This document shows, one piece after another, positions 35,989-49,925 of a stretch of DNA of 64,000 nucleotides. This stretch comes from Camelus ferus (taxonomy: Eukaryota). Each line of letters begins with the position of its first letter. Positions within the stretch are counted from its first letter, which is position 1. The translations under genes and the position numbers were made by a program. Below the pieces are notes generated by a model. That model had not been told where the DNA came from. It ran no database searches and worked only from the letters and a program-made list of their open reading frames with translations. Location: contig NC_045696.1 in NCBI RefSeq assembly GCF_009834535.1, positions 10,232,001-10,296,000 on the forward strand. The letters are read 5' to 3'.

Positions 35989-38953
35989 CTTGACAAGAAA
36001 AATCATCAAAATTCATTAATATTTTTATTATGCCATATAATAAACATTTGCAACTCAACTGATTAAAACAATCTTGTATCATTAATACATTTTACCATTC
36101 TGTATTTCTTTTGGATCATATTCCCCACCAATAGTGCTTCCTTAAAACTATGTATTTATAGTTGGTACATTTTTATATTCACAGTTATTTAAAGTTTTCA
36201 GAACCGTGAAAGTTATGAAAGTCTTTAAAATTGGTTTCTAAGCTTATCTTTAAAAAAAAAAAAAAAACTCCCTAACCAGCATATTTACTTCAGGGGAGAA
36301 AAATATTCAGATCACAATCACAAAACCAAATAAAAATACATGACCTAACATTATGGTAGAAGCTATAGCCACAGTAAAGCCACACCTATGCATGGATCAC
36401 AAGGATCAACAGTATTCAAGGAACACAAAGTTAGCCACAGACACACTGGGTAAAAAAGGGTAACTTGGGGCATTGGATCAGGTTTAAACTAATCAGACTT
36501 ACTGAAATGCCATAAAGTTTGAGAAGAAAAATGTTTTTATATAACTTTTACCCAATTATCAAAAATCATGTACAACAATTCACTTATATTAACAGTTAAT
36601 GAATGAAAGCTTAACATACTTTCAATTCACGAAAGAATACTCTTAATGGACCTAAGAACATAATCATTTAGCTAACCATTTGTACTATTTTGTGTAAATT
36701 TACAATATTGTTTTGAAAAAAAATTTCAACAGCATGTTCAATTTAACTTAAATTTTAGCTAACAAAAGAGATCAACTACGCTCCACTACCTGATAAAAGT
36801 CTGAACGGCCAAAGCAAAAAAAAATCAGTTGTTAACCAAGTGTTATTAAAGAACATTTGGTTTTCCTAATACAATGAATCATATAATAGTATTCAACATT
36901 TATTAACTATTAATTAGGGTCACATGGTTCTACATTTTAAAACTCATTTATCCTAAAAAAAAAACAAAAGTCTAGAATCAGCAATATTGTTCTGATTTTT
37001 AAATGAGGAAAATGAGGCACAGAAGACAAAAAAACTTAGCTGAAGGTCACACAACTATTAAGAGATAAAGCTGGTATTCAAAACCAGAGCTGTCTTCACC
37101 ACCACCTGTATATAATAAACAACTCATTTCAACTACCTAAATATCAGCCTCCTCACCCAAACCTATATATGTAAAATACATGAGGAAAAAAACTACAGCT
37201 CATTGAAATGGCAATTACATTTTTCCTAAGCACTTACACAGTGCTTAACCTTACTAAAAAGACCACGGATTTAAAAATCGGAAAAGTAGGACTTTAAAAA
37301 CAAAAAACAGTAGGTCTACAAGAAAGTAATCATCTTAAAACTTACAATGTTCATTCAACTACTGGAAAGTGGAGGAAATTTCAAAACACCTAAATAATCA
37401 TCAATACATTCCTACAACACAATTCTATGGAGCTGTGAAAAATATTCCAAAGAGTACTGAGACTGCGATAGAAGACAAACTTGTTCACAACACAAAGATG
37501 AAAAAAAAAAAAAAAAACCCCAAAACAAAACGGTCACATATCACGAAACATGTGCATCTGTACGCACAATTTAAAAACTCAAGAACAATAAAGAACATCA
37601 ATAACTATGTGGTGATTTTTAAAATAATTTTCTTTTTTCTAGATTTTTTACAGCAATGAAACTTGTTTTCTAGTACAAAAACCTATTTTTTAAAGGTATA
37701 GAAACAAAACATTACGATTAGCAAACCTAACTACTTATTGTGTGCAATTTATTAAAAAGTTTTCAAAAAACTATTCCTTTAGCTCAAGGTCGTTTCTAAT
37801 CAACCTAAAAACTACTAGATATTAACAAAATTTTAAAAAGCAACTCAATGAATGAGCAGATATATTTCCAACTTAAAAATACATGTTGCAAAAATAATAG
37901 TTCTAGCGATACTCTATCTTTGCCCAATAATCCTGTTAATTTGAGCGCTCAAATTACAATTGTGTTTTCCGCTGATTTTCAAATTCACGTCCGTCCTGCT
38001 CTAGTCCTCAAGTTTTAAAATACAACTAGCAATACATTTGAACTCGGAACAAATATTTAACGTTATACAAAGCAAAAATACTAAAGATAACCACTGAATA
38101 ACAACATGACCCACGGTATTTTCCTTTCTGAGTAAACAAGTATTTCTTTGGAAATCTGACATTCAAATTTTGTGTAACCAACGGTAAACTACAGAGCAAT
38201 GGCAAAAGTAAGCATGTTGGTCAAATACGTCAACAGGGGCGGGGGTAGCAAAAAAAAAAATTAGACCTACACATAAAGTCCACTTTCCATTTGCTAAACT
38301 AAGAAATTACTAGTAATTCAAAGTCCTCTTCCGTCCTCACCTCGAATATTCTGTCAAAATAGCTAACATTAATTTGAATTATTTTAACTTAAATTTTTCA
38401 TGTTAGAATGCTGCCTGGTGGAAGCCACAGGACACTAGGACCGAAATAATCTAATTGAAATATCCCGACCCCCAAATGGTCTGAAGCCTGCAATAATAAA
38501 GCGGATTTAAGATTACCCAAGAAACGGCCGTTAGAGACCCTTTCCGGTCATAGGCACCGGCCGGCGAAATTCGCGGAGGCGGAGAGGGGGAGGGGAAGCG
38601 CGGCGGCGGAGGAGGAGCTGAGGAAGGAACTAGGCCCGTCCCCAGCGGACAACCAGGCCTACAAGTAGCCAAAGGGTAGGGGATGACCAAATCGGGGAAA
38701 AGGATGAGCAATCTCAACTCGGTTCTAGAAGAGGGAGCCTGGGGTTACCTCGGAAAGGGCGAAATTCCTCGCTGAGAAAGGAGAGGGAGGATGGCGGGGG
38801 GGGGGGGGGGGCGGAAAATGGATCCCAGGCCCAGGCGGGGCTGTAGCGGGGCCTGAGACGAGCAACGACAGCGTCTCTAAAGAAAGGTGCCACGGAAAGC
38901 TACATGGAGCCCTATCGGTCCCTTAGGAGCAGAAGAGTCTGGGAAGCGTTTAC

Positions 38954-39030
38954 CTTGAAAGCTCTTGTTGAATTTCCCGGAATTTACTGACCACGAAAGA
39001 CCTAAAAATCTGCTCGATGTTGGTCGCCAT
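38954..39030 (-). CDS. SON: SON exon 1 coding part
   Basis: Kozak GCCATGG; MATNIEQIFRSFVVSKFREIQQELS; AG|GTAAA donor. Confidence 0.93.
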
Positions 39031-40014
39031 GGCGTCCGCTCCGTTCTCTCAACTCCTCCTCGCTAGTCCTCCAGGCTCCCAGCATGCCTCGGGAGGAGGC
39101 GCAGCGGCCAATTCCGTCTCTCGCCGTTCTGATTGGCTCCTGTGGGAGCGCCCAGGCCGACACTCTCCGCCTCTGGGCCAATCAGTGAGCACGGCCGAGC
39201 TCTCCTCCGCTGTTTCTGAGCGTCTGGGGTAGAGCTGCTGACGTTTGCGCCGCGCACGACTATGTCCGCCATGTTAGTGACTGACGCAGGCGCCATTACA
39301 GGAGAAGGCTCTCTTGAGGCGACCGTGTCAGCTGAAGTTGTCAGTCTCCAACAGTGGTTGGGGTGCTTAATAGGCTTATTTTAACCACTGAACGCCCAAG
39401 ATTAGATTTCACGAGTTAAAAAAGGAAGGAGGGCAGTATGGTGTTTGATGGGCCCTCCAACATTCTCGGATGGCACCGAGTTTCGGCAGATCCATCCGGG
39501 AAAGCGCTAACCAGCGCCTGCCCCCACTGTGGTGCGAATAAGAACGCGTTTTAACCCTCGTCTCGCTCGCATGGCATCCTATAATCGGCCTCAATTTTTT
39601 TTAAGCATTAGACAGAGGTCCTAAGCGACCTGCGACCAAAGCCTGTTGCATTCTGATCTCGTTGGGAGCCAGGCGTGTCACGAGACTTTTCCCCAGTAGC
39701 TGGTCAGTTCAGACCCGTGAGCAGCATACAATTAGCTGAATTTGGCTTTAGCATTTTGGCGCTCCCGGTCCTCTGAGCTCAGGAGGCTCTGGAGGAGAAA
39801 TAGCGACCTTACGTGGCAGCTGATAACCATAGTGTTACACTGTAAACGTACAAGGACTTAATAGCTTTGCTCTGGAGTAGGATCAGGCCGCGCCCTGCCC
39901 GAACGGGAGGGGATCACCCGGGACTGCCTCGCGGTACGGACCGTGCGGGCCAATGGAGAGGCGAAGCCCTCCGGGGGCGGGGCGGGGGGGCGCGCGAGCC
40001 GGATCCCCCTCGGC

Positions 40015-40057
40015 CGACTTCCGGCGCGGGGCGGGCTGCAGAGCCCCGAACGCGCAG
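40015..40057 (+). other. GART: GART non-coding exon 1 (approximate start; alternative donor after 40101)
   Basis: CAG|GTGAGG donor after 40057 and GG|GTAAGT after 40101 at the end of the CpG island. Confidence 0.55.
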
Positions 40058-41539
40058 GTGAGGCTCAAAGTGAGAGCGCCTAGACCGCTTTGTGTCTGTG
40101 GGTAAGTTTCTCCGCTTTTCAGTGAAGTGCATTCATGGTTTGGTTTGGCGACTTAATACTAGAAGTTGAATGAAACTGTAGAAACTGGTTTGGCTGTAGG
40201 AACTTTCATCTCATTTGTAAGTGCGGTGGGTGAGGGTTGGCCATGTGCTTTTCACTTTTCACTGAGGTTTACGTAGAATCTGTCACTTTCTCTGCTTTCC
40301 AGAATGTCAGGGCTTTTTCGTATCATCTTGCTTTTTTTAGGTCACACACCGAAATTACATATTTTCTCGTTAAGCACCCTTTGTCTCTTGCAGATTATTT
40401 AATCCAATTTTGTAATTGGATTCTACTTTATATTATTCACCAAATCCTTGAAATGGCTTTTGCTTTTCCTGGCTCTCTAATTCTCGTTATGTTATCCATT
40501 TAGACGGCTGAGGCCCAAAAAGTTTAAGTCCCTCAAAATATCTCAGCCAGTAAGTCTTAACCCAAACCAAGGCACTCTGGCTGGTGGCCTCCTAACCACT
40601 CCTGGCGTAGATTCCCTCAGGCTGAGTCCTAATCCTATTTCAGCGATCCACTGGTGTAATCAGAACAATTGCCCTTTACTGCCCCTCCTATTCAAACTAA
40701 ACGTAATGTTTTATATAGATTTAAAGGTATGTTTATTTCAGATGTTTCAATACACATGGCAAGTCTGTGTTTTCCATTAATCTGAAATAGTTTTCCCCTC
40801 TTTGAGATGATAATTTAGTAATTCTTTTCTTTCTCATGTTTTCAGTTGTTAAAGCAAAATTGCTTCCGTTAGAATCCAGGCTCCACCCTCTATTAGCTGT
40901 GTGCTCTCCGGGAAGTTAACCTAACTGAACCTCAGTTTCTTATAAAATGCGGATAGTATTCCTATGTACCTCATAGAATTCTAAAGATTAAGTGAAGTGA
41001 TTCGTGAAAAGCATTTGTAGTAGCATCTGGCACAAAGTGCTTAAAAAAGTTTTTATATTGTCAATTTAGTTTCTTTTAAATGTGTAATCCTAGCATCTCA
41101 CAAGAAGTGACCGATTTCACATTTTCCTGTTATCAATTTGCCTTCTACATAATTAAATATATTCTGAAAATTAGTAAATGACTGTGACGAATTATTCATT
41201 CCTTGGCTTTTTTTTTCCTTGTTAAAACTGCTTTCTATCAGTTTAGGCAAAAGTAATAAAATATAGCAGGTTAACATTTACTACTGCTGAGTGTAAGAAA
41301 TTGTACTAATAGTTTATGTTTCATTTCAGTTAATCCTTACATGGCCACATAAAGCAAACTCTCTTAATTTCACCTTTTAAGGTATGAAGAAATTGAGTTA
41401 CAGGTAGTAAGAGCTTAACCAAGGAAGGCCACATTGCTAACTTGAGTTAAGACACAGTTGCCCATCCTGCTCAGGACCAAACGCCAGAACTAAGTGAGAC
41501 GTGTTCAAGTTTGATTTTTGCCTTCTCTACCAATTATAT

Positions 41540-41820
41540 GAAATTCAAATTGCAGTGTCCATAAATAAGGTTTTATTGAAACAAAGCCATGTTTTTCTTT
41601 ACAAACGTCTGATAGCTTCCTATTGCTTAGAGCAGAAATAGGCAAACAGTGACCTACAGCCCACTGCCTATTTATGTAAGTTTTTACTGGGCATAGCCAG
41701 TCCACATTTGTCTATTTATGTCTAAGTCTGCTTTCGTGCTTCTGTGGCAGAGTTCAGTAATTGCGACAGAGACTATATGGCCCTCAAAGGTGAAAATATT
41801 TACTCTCTGACCTTTTACAG
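41540..41820. mobile_element. MER58-like hAT-Charlie remnants
   Basis: TCCATAAATAAGGTTTTATTGAAACA and GCAGAGTTCAGTAATTGCGACAGAGACTATATGGCCC...AAAATATTTACT. Confidence 0.6.
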
Positions 41821-42223
41821 GCTCCAGTCTTAAATGTTTCTTTCAACTTACTATAACTTTAAAGTCTAGTAAGACTAAAGGTTTAAAAAGTTATTTTAAA
41901 TTTGGGGTCTAAATTTAAAATGATTTATTTTTAACTGAGGTTTGATGATTATTAAATCTTCTAAAAGTGAAGCCCAAAGAAAGGTGTTTGTTCGTAGATT
42001 TTTTTTTTTTAATGGAGCAAGGCACTCAGCCACCATTTATGAGTGGTCGTATTTCTCAAGTTATGAGTCCTAATATTTCACAAGTGAATTGCTGGAATAA
42101 AATGTTGTTTGTGTGATTACAAATGACTACTTAAATCATGTTTAGAAATCGTGATTTTTAAAATATATATATTCCAAGGTATCAACTGTGGTTTTCTTTC
42201 TGCAGCTTTCATTTTCCTGTTGA

Positions 42224-42406
<183 letters not shown>

Positions 42407-44542
42407 TGATAGTTAACGATTGTAAATGATAAACTGCCAACCACATCTGTTCTTTATAAGATCAATTGCTATTCAGATTTGAATGCTTTTCTTAACCCAA
42501 AAATTTATGTGGTAATTTGAATACTTGCCAGATACTTGTAAATTTAAGTTATCCTGTTGTTAGAGTGTGGCATTTCCTTACCTTAAATTATTTTAAATCT
42601 TTAAGATTACATAACCATTGAAAAATTCACAAAGTGCTTAATATAGGCTAAAGTGTTTCGGTGTGTATTTGGGGGAATGAAAAATTGAGCAGTGCTATTA
42701 AATGTAAGTTCTGGCAGTTCTTACTCTGTGATGGATCTCAACCTTTATCTTTTCCACTGGTAAATATGAAAAAAAATGATCAGTTCTTATGCTACGTTAA
42801 ACTCTTCAGTCACTTCCTATAGTACTTAGCATAAAACTCAAACTCCTTACCATTCCTGTTAAAAGCTTTTGTGATCTGCCCTCTGCCTGCCTTTCCAGCC
42901 TGATTTTTTTTCCCCCAGCCTGATCGTTTATATCCTTTGTTTTCTTCTCACTGTTCTCCATCCATGCAGTCCTGCCAATTTCCCAAACAGAGCTGCCTTG
43001 GACTTTGTATTAGAACCCAAGCATTACTGGCTCTTCATCATTCAGGCCTCAACTTATGTTACCTCCTCAAAGAGGACTTTCCTAAAGTTTTTAAATAAAG
43101 CATGTCCACTCCCATTTCATTTGTTGTCAGTTATGAATCATTATCTGTACCTACTTTTACTTTTCTATTGTCTCTTATCTTCATTTCCCCCATAGAACAT
43201 TAGCTCTAGAATGTAAGCTACATGAGGGCAAGGAACTCACCTGTCTTATTTTGCACTGTGTGCACTATGCCTAGTACCCTACATGGCACATAATACTTAC
43301 GGAGACAACATAGATCCAACAAGCCACAAACTGGGAGAAGATAACTGCATACATAGGGCCAAAATTAATAAGAAAAAGATAAGTAAGAGAATATTTGCTT
43401 CCCTGGGATCTTAGCTATGGGAATTAGGTATTGTTTTGTTTTGCTCTGTTTTGTTTTATTTTGTTTTAAAGAACTGACACATTTTATCTAGGTGCAATTG
43501 ATGTCATACAAACCAACCCATAAAAGTCTCCCAAGATTGTGGTGAGGCTGCTGTCACTTGCAGCAACAGGTTAGGTGTGTCATCCTCCTCTTGCCACCCT
43601 TTGCTGTGCTGATATAGTTGGCTCTGCTCAGCCCAGTTGTGTATGCAGCTACTAACCCAGAGTGCATGGTACTCCATCCTTATCCCACTGAGGCAGTTCC
43701 TGTAGTTTGAGAGTTCTGCCTTTTCTACACATATCCCCTGCACATCACAAATACCACATATGTGCAGAGTAATTTGAGATTTCAGCCAGCTTAAGAATGG
43801 TGACCCATATGCGGTGAAGCAGAAGAGTGCCTATATAACCAACCCATGGTTAGTGCATGGTTGGTCCTACTACTACTTAGAACTCGATCAAGAAAGAAAG
43901 TTTACCTGGCTTGTAGGTTGGAGAAGTGAGCTAGGTCTTATAATCATTCAGTTTTTAGCATAAACATCTTTATACAGAGACCCTTCCTGGCTTAATCAGA
44001 AATAGCCCTCCAACTTACCTCATCAAATTTGCCTAACGTATTCACACTTGGTATTATTTCGCTTGGAGATTTATTTCCCAACATTCCCACGGTGCATCCT
44101 AAATGGAAGGACCCTGTGTTGTGTTCACATCTTAATCCATTGAGTAGGGCACTGTCTAGCACATAGTAGTTCTCAGGAAATCTTGAATGAATGACATTAA
44201 AAGACCAGTTTTTGGGTATATTCTCTGATACACTTCTTTGCTTACAATCAACACTAGTGACGTGAACATCATAGTCAAGAAAGTACCTCTTGGGAAAGTA
44301 ACTCCTGGGAAACTTATTCAGCTCTTTGCTATCACTGTAGTGATAGCAGGGAACTGAGTTTTGTTGGTTACTCTATAATGCACTCTGCTCTGAACTTCTC
44401 ACAGTAAAACTCATCTGTACCAGTAATAGAAAACCAACAGTTAATAGGCATCCTAAAGTATAGTGCTTTTCAGCATGACATTTAGTTAACTTAAATGGTG
44501 TTTTTTAAATGAGGTGGGTTTGTTTCTTTTTTCTGTTCATAG

Positions 44543-44638
44543 ATGTCTCAATCAGTGATCACACTGCCCTTGCTCAATTCTGCAAAGATGAGAAAATTGA
44601 ATTTGTAGTTGTTGGACCAGAGGCACCTCTGGCTGCTG
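44543..44638 (+). CDS. GART: GART exon 3
   Basis: DVSISDHTALAQFCKDEKIEFVVVGPEAPLAA; AG/GT. Confidence 0.93.
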
Positions 44639-45045
44639 GTAAAGTTCATTTCTTTTTATTTTTATGGTATACACAGTGCCAACAGGAGCTTGGAGATCAT
44701 CTAATCCAGTATATTTTAAAGATGAGGATTTCTAATATAATATTACATTGGAAAAAGCTTTCATCTCCTTGAAATTTATGGATTCTAAATTTTTTTTTCC
44801 CCAAGCATCAGTGATGTGATGAATGAGAGATCAAATTTGTAGCCATGGGAAATACAACAAGTAATTTATTGGATTTCAATCACGTATCAGTAGCATTTAT
44901 GTTTACAGCCTGTAAACAACATGAAAAACTTATTCTCTGCCATCTGTCTTAGCTCAATGTAGATTTAGTCTAATGCTAATTCTTCAGGATGAAAAGGCCC
45001 TGCAGAGACCTTGACTCACCTAAGGCTGCTTGTTTCCATCACTAG

Positions 45046-45220
45046 GAATTGTTGATAACATGACATCTGCAGGAGTGCGATGCTTTGGCCCCACAGCAGA
45101 AGCAGCTCAGTTAGAGTCCAGCAAAAGATTTGCCAAAGAATTTATGGACCGACATGGAATCCCAACTGCACGATGGAGAGCTTTCACCAAACCTGAAGAG
45201 GCCTGTACCTTCATTACGAG
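45046..45220 (+). CDS. GART: GART exon 4
   Basis: GIVDNMTSAGVRCFGPTAEAAQLESSKRFAKEFMDRHGIPTA...; AG/GTAAGT. Confidence 0.93.
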
Positions 45221-46258
45221 GTAAGTAGAAGACTGCCTGTGAAGGGCAGTTGTCTTGTTATGATATATGAATATACTATATATTATAGTAAGTATATGGT
45301 ATTATATATTATATGTCATATATAATATAGTATATTTACTTATAATATACTAAGTAATATATATATTATACTAAGGCAATTCTAGGGAAAAACTCATACT
45401 ATGTAAATTGCCTTTTTCCCAACATCAAAATAAAATGGAATTCTATGCATATAAAGGTATACAATCTTGTGGCCTTGCAGAAAGATACATTTTTTAATAT
45501 TTATTACTGAATAGTTTCTAGAGGAAAAAATACATTTGGTTCTATAGTCATGTATTCTTAGCCAAATTGACGCAGTGGCATCTTAAAACATAAAGGATAT
45601 TGATATTTTCATAAATAATTAACTAAAGTGAGGAGTCATCACTTGGCCTTCTGCCACCACTATTCAATTCTAAATCATAAATTAAACATCCTGTTCTCTA
45701 TTATATGGAAAACATTGAGCAATAAAAATATTGGTAGATATATACCTTTGGCCCCTTTTTTGTTGACACTTCTTACTTGGTATGTTTTCCTTTTAGTTAG
45801 GTCAGTTTCATTCTTAATTGTTCTTTATTCTACATTGAATTTTATTATTTCCTAGTAGCCAAACACCTTAAAAGTAACAATTTTGTTACTTACTTCAGTT
45901 AATGATCTGTGTGCCCATGTTTATATGGGTCTTATACAGCACATCTTCTTGAAGGAGAGTATGATTCACAGCTTTATATCTTAAAGATCACGCCATATCC
46001 ATACTAAACAACTGCTTTTTTCCCCCAAAGATTTTACTTATATGATCTCATGATAAGTGAGAAAAGCAAAAGTGTACCACATGGTGATAACTATAAAAGA
46101 ATACATAAGGGAAAAATCCTGGCAGGAAGTACATCAAAATGGTGTTAGCAGTTTTTTTCTTTCTGCTTATCAGTTGTTGCTATAGCATATCCAAAGCATT
46201 TTAAACTTTTGAATCATAAGAATTTATTGGATGTTGAAAATTACTCTTGTCTTCACAG

Positions 46259-46370
46259 TGCAGACTTCCCTGCTTTGGTTGTGAAGGCCAGTGGTCTTGC
46301 AGCTGGGAAAGGGGTGATTGTTGCAAAGAGCAAAGAAGAGGCCTGCAAAGCTGTACAGGAGATCATGCAT
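46259..46370 (+). CDS. GART: GART exon 5
   Basis: ADFPALVVKASGLAAGKGVIVAKSKEEACKAVQEIMH (ATP-grasp loop). Confidence 0.93.
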
Positions 46371-47163
46371 GTAAGTTGATCCCTCTGAAAGAAATTCATA
46401 ATTTTCTAGTCACCCTGGATAAATAAATTCTTTTAAGTTTACAATATTCCTAAGGCAAGGAAAACATAGCAAACACACAGATAAATTATTTCTCATTATA
46501 CTATGTATTATAATCCATAATCTATAAAAGGGTTATTATAGATCTACAATGATTCTATTCCTTGGAAGTAGGTTCTACCCAGAATCCTTTGTCAGCTGCT
46601 GAAAAGTAGGAAGTCCTCAGACTGTAGGACATATAAATAAATTCTCAACCATTCATGAGAACAAAAGTATTTGTCCTTTGTGTCCCAGAACTAAGAGAGG
46701 TGAAGCAAAGAATTAATACACTTTGCCTTTTTTATGATCTATCTTGGTTTGGTTGGGTTTCTACCCCTTGTAGAAATCTACTTTCACGGATATTCTTTGC
46801 TATAATTATTTAAGCAAACATTTATGATTATAATCAGAAATAAGAGTTAGATGGTAATAATGAAAACATCTGTTTTTCTGTAACCTTATTTGAAACTGGA
46901 AAGCTAGATCCCCAGGAGAGTTTTAATGATGTGTTCATCTCATCTGTACCAGTGCTAACTCTACATCATTGCCACTTTAAAAATAGAAAACATTCATATG
47001 TTCCTTTAAGGCTTTCAGAAATGGAAAGAGAAATTATAATACTAGTGCATTGGTTTCATAATACAAATGGTAGAAAATAACAATAGCTAATTAAATATTA
47101 AAGGCTTATAATTTACTTCTCTTTTTGTTATTGTGTTTTGTTTTGTTTTTTACCTACAATAAG

Positions 47164-47232
47164 GATAAAGCTTTTGGAGAAGCTGGAGAAACAGTTGTTA
47201 TTGAAGAACTTCTTGAAGGAGAAGAGGTTTCT
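47164..47232 (+). CDS. GART: GART exon 6
   Basis: DKAFGEAGETVVIEELLEGEEVS; AG/GTACGT. Confidence 0.9.
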
Positions 47233-47722
47233 GTACGTATATTCATCTTTTGGGCTTTTATAGAGGATAAGAAGCTGTGTTAATCTGATCTATGAGCCCC
47301 AAAAAAGCTTCATTTACTCTGGTTACTTTATCTAAGAGCATAAACCAAGCGGTTACAAAGGAATTTGTATGTTTAGTATTAGAGATACAAATGAAAAAAG
47401 AACTTATCTTCTTTCAGTCATCCCCAGTGTATCAGTAGGGGACTTGGAGTTGTAGCACACATTATTTCAAGGAGAGAAGGACTGAAATATTTTACTGTGA
47501 GGGTAGCTTGATTTTTTTTTTTCCATCCTAACCTAGCTTAAAATTTACAGATCCTTCAGAAATTAAGTGTATAATATCTTCTGATTCTTAATGTAGAAAT
47601 CTTAGGGTTATGTATGTTTTAAATCATTTTATTTTAAAAATGAAACTTCCTTTGAGAAGAGTTAAGGTACATATAGTCCTCCTTATTAAGTTTTTTTTTC
47701 ACTTTTTGGCATTTAAGATTAA

Positions 47723-47905
<183 letters not shown>

Positions 47906-48893
47906 TAATTGGTCTTCTCAAAGAGCTCTTAGATGACACATTTCTGGGTTTTTTTTTTCCCCCCGTGAATGATAGTACTAATCAGCAATTTGGTTTTCCT
48001 GTTAAGTGAAAAGTATCTTTTCTGGTCTCACTCTAAAACTAACCTTTTCTAAAAGCCTTTAAAGTACTAACTTAAGTATGGATTGAGCAGATCCTTCTAG
48101 CCACTCCTCTCTACACCCTATTTTCAACCCATGGGAGCCAATTATAATCTAGAATTATCTTTTATTCTTGTTTGCATATCCAGGGCCCAACAAATAAGAC
48201 TCAGTAAGAGTGTATGTGGTAAATAGAGGACCAAGTCAGACTATCATTTGTTCTCCTAGTCTTTCTACTTCTTAATGGATAAAGTATGCTTCCAAACAAT
48301 TTCTGACAAATTTTTATTAAAAATCTGCATTGAGTCTATTATAAATAGATTAGCACTTCAGAAACTCACCCATTCCTTTCACTAATGATAGTTATAATTG
48401 TATACAGTGCCTTTATTTTTCTTAATTGAAAGATTAAAACCCAAACAGGGTTTACTTTAGACTATTTAAGTATTAAAACTACCATTTGGTAAAAGTGATT
48501 TTAATATGAAAACTATCTCTGGGTCTAATTTCTACAATTTATAAACTCTAGATTCTCAAGTTTATAGGCTTATGAAGTATGTGTAGGATATACTGGAAGT
48601 ATACAAAGAGCCTCAAGGTGGATGAGGACATTTTTAGTTTTTATTATGTTTCAAGAAACTATTTTTAGTGGGCTTTAAAGATGTAAATGTTTGAAAAATC
48701 TCTAGGTTTGGTAATGAAGGGCGATTGAAGAGTCACTTAGTCCTGAAATGGCAGCTGACACTGATCAATAAATACATAATCCAGCTTCTGCTTATGATCA
48801 TCAGAGGTCTTCTTTCCCATTTCAGAAGAATAAGGCTAAATACCTATTTACTTGATAGGGTCAATGTGAGGATTTTGAAAGTTTATGAATTTA

Positions 48894-49056
48894 GGGCGGT
48901 AGGCTATAACTCAGTGGTAGAGTGCATGCTTAGCATTGCACAAGGTCCTAGGTTCAGTCCCCAGCACCTCCATCAAAAAAATAAGTAAGTAAATCTAATT
49001 ACCTTCCCCCTGCAAATGAATAAAAGAAAAGAAAAAGAAAAATTTATATACAAAAA
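48894..49056 (+). mobile_element. tRNA-derived SINE (Vic-1-like) with perfect 16-bp target-site duplication
   Basis: AAAGTTTATGAATTTA at 48878-48893 and 49057-49072 flanking the SINE head and A-tail. Confidence 0.88.
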
Positions 49057-49176
49057 AAAGTTTATGAATTTAAAGTGCTTAGCCCAATGATAGTTCTCAT
49101 TGTCTCACGTGATACTACTTACAGGATGATTCTTTAAAATACCAATTGCATTTAAATATTTATGTGTATTACCCAG

Positions 49177-49264
49177 GTTTCTAAGGATCTGTTGCTAAAA
49201 ATTAAAAATACCATTCTTCAGAGGACTGTGGATGGCATGCAGCAGGAGGGTGTGCCATACACAG
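49177..49264 (+). CDS. GART: GART exon 8
   Basis: VSKDLLLKIKNTILQRTVDGMQQEGVPYT; AG/GTAAG. Confidence 0.92.
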
Positions 49265-49277
49265 GTAAGCATGTTGA

Positions 49278-49586
<309 letters not shown>

Positions 49587-49756
49587 TAAAGTACTACTGT
49601 GTAAAAGATGTGTGCTGTTTTAATCTTTTAAGATTTATCAGCCTTGAAATAATTACCTTTGAGAAACATATGCAAGTTCTGCTGGTATCCCGGTGAATAA
49701 ATTGTCTAAAGGAGAGCTGGAATTTCTCTCACCTGTCACATTGATTGTTTTTCCAG

Positions 49757-49925
49757 GTGATCCTCCCACTTCTTAAAAGCGATCTTTATGAAGTGATTCA
49801 GTCTACCTTAGATGGCCTGCTCTGCACCTCTCTTCCTATTTGGCTTGACAGCCACACTGCTGTAACTGTTGTCATGGCGAGTAAAGGTTATCCAGGAGAC
49901 TACACCAAGGGTGTAGAGATAACAG
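49757..49925 (+). CDS. GART: GART exon 10
   Basis: VILPLLKSDLYEVIQSTLDG...VVMASKGYPGDYTKGVEIT. Confidence 0.93.

Larger units (their letters stand above)
38500..40120. promoter_or_regulatory. CpG-island bidirectional promoter shared by SON and GART
   Basis: High GC and CpG content between divergent genes; ATTGG 39132-39136, CCAAT 39178-39182 and 39950-39954, YY1-type CCGCCATGTT 39266-39275, TGACGT 39239-39244, GC boxes 39973-39990, ETS ACTTCCGG 40017-40024. Confidence 0.85.

Noticed and set aside
38796..38811. Poly-G run in SON intron 1
   Set aside because: Could form a G-quadruplex, but homopolymer length is error-prone and such runs are common in CpG islands
45258..45372. AT-rich quasi-palindromic tract after GART exon 4
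   Set aside because: Degenerate (TA)n low-complexity sequence
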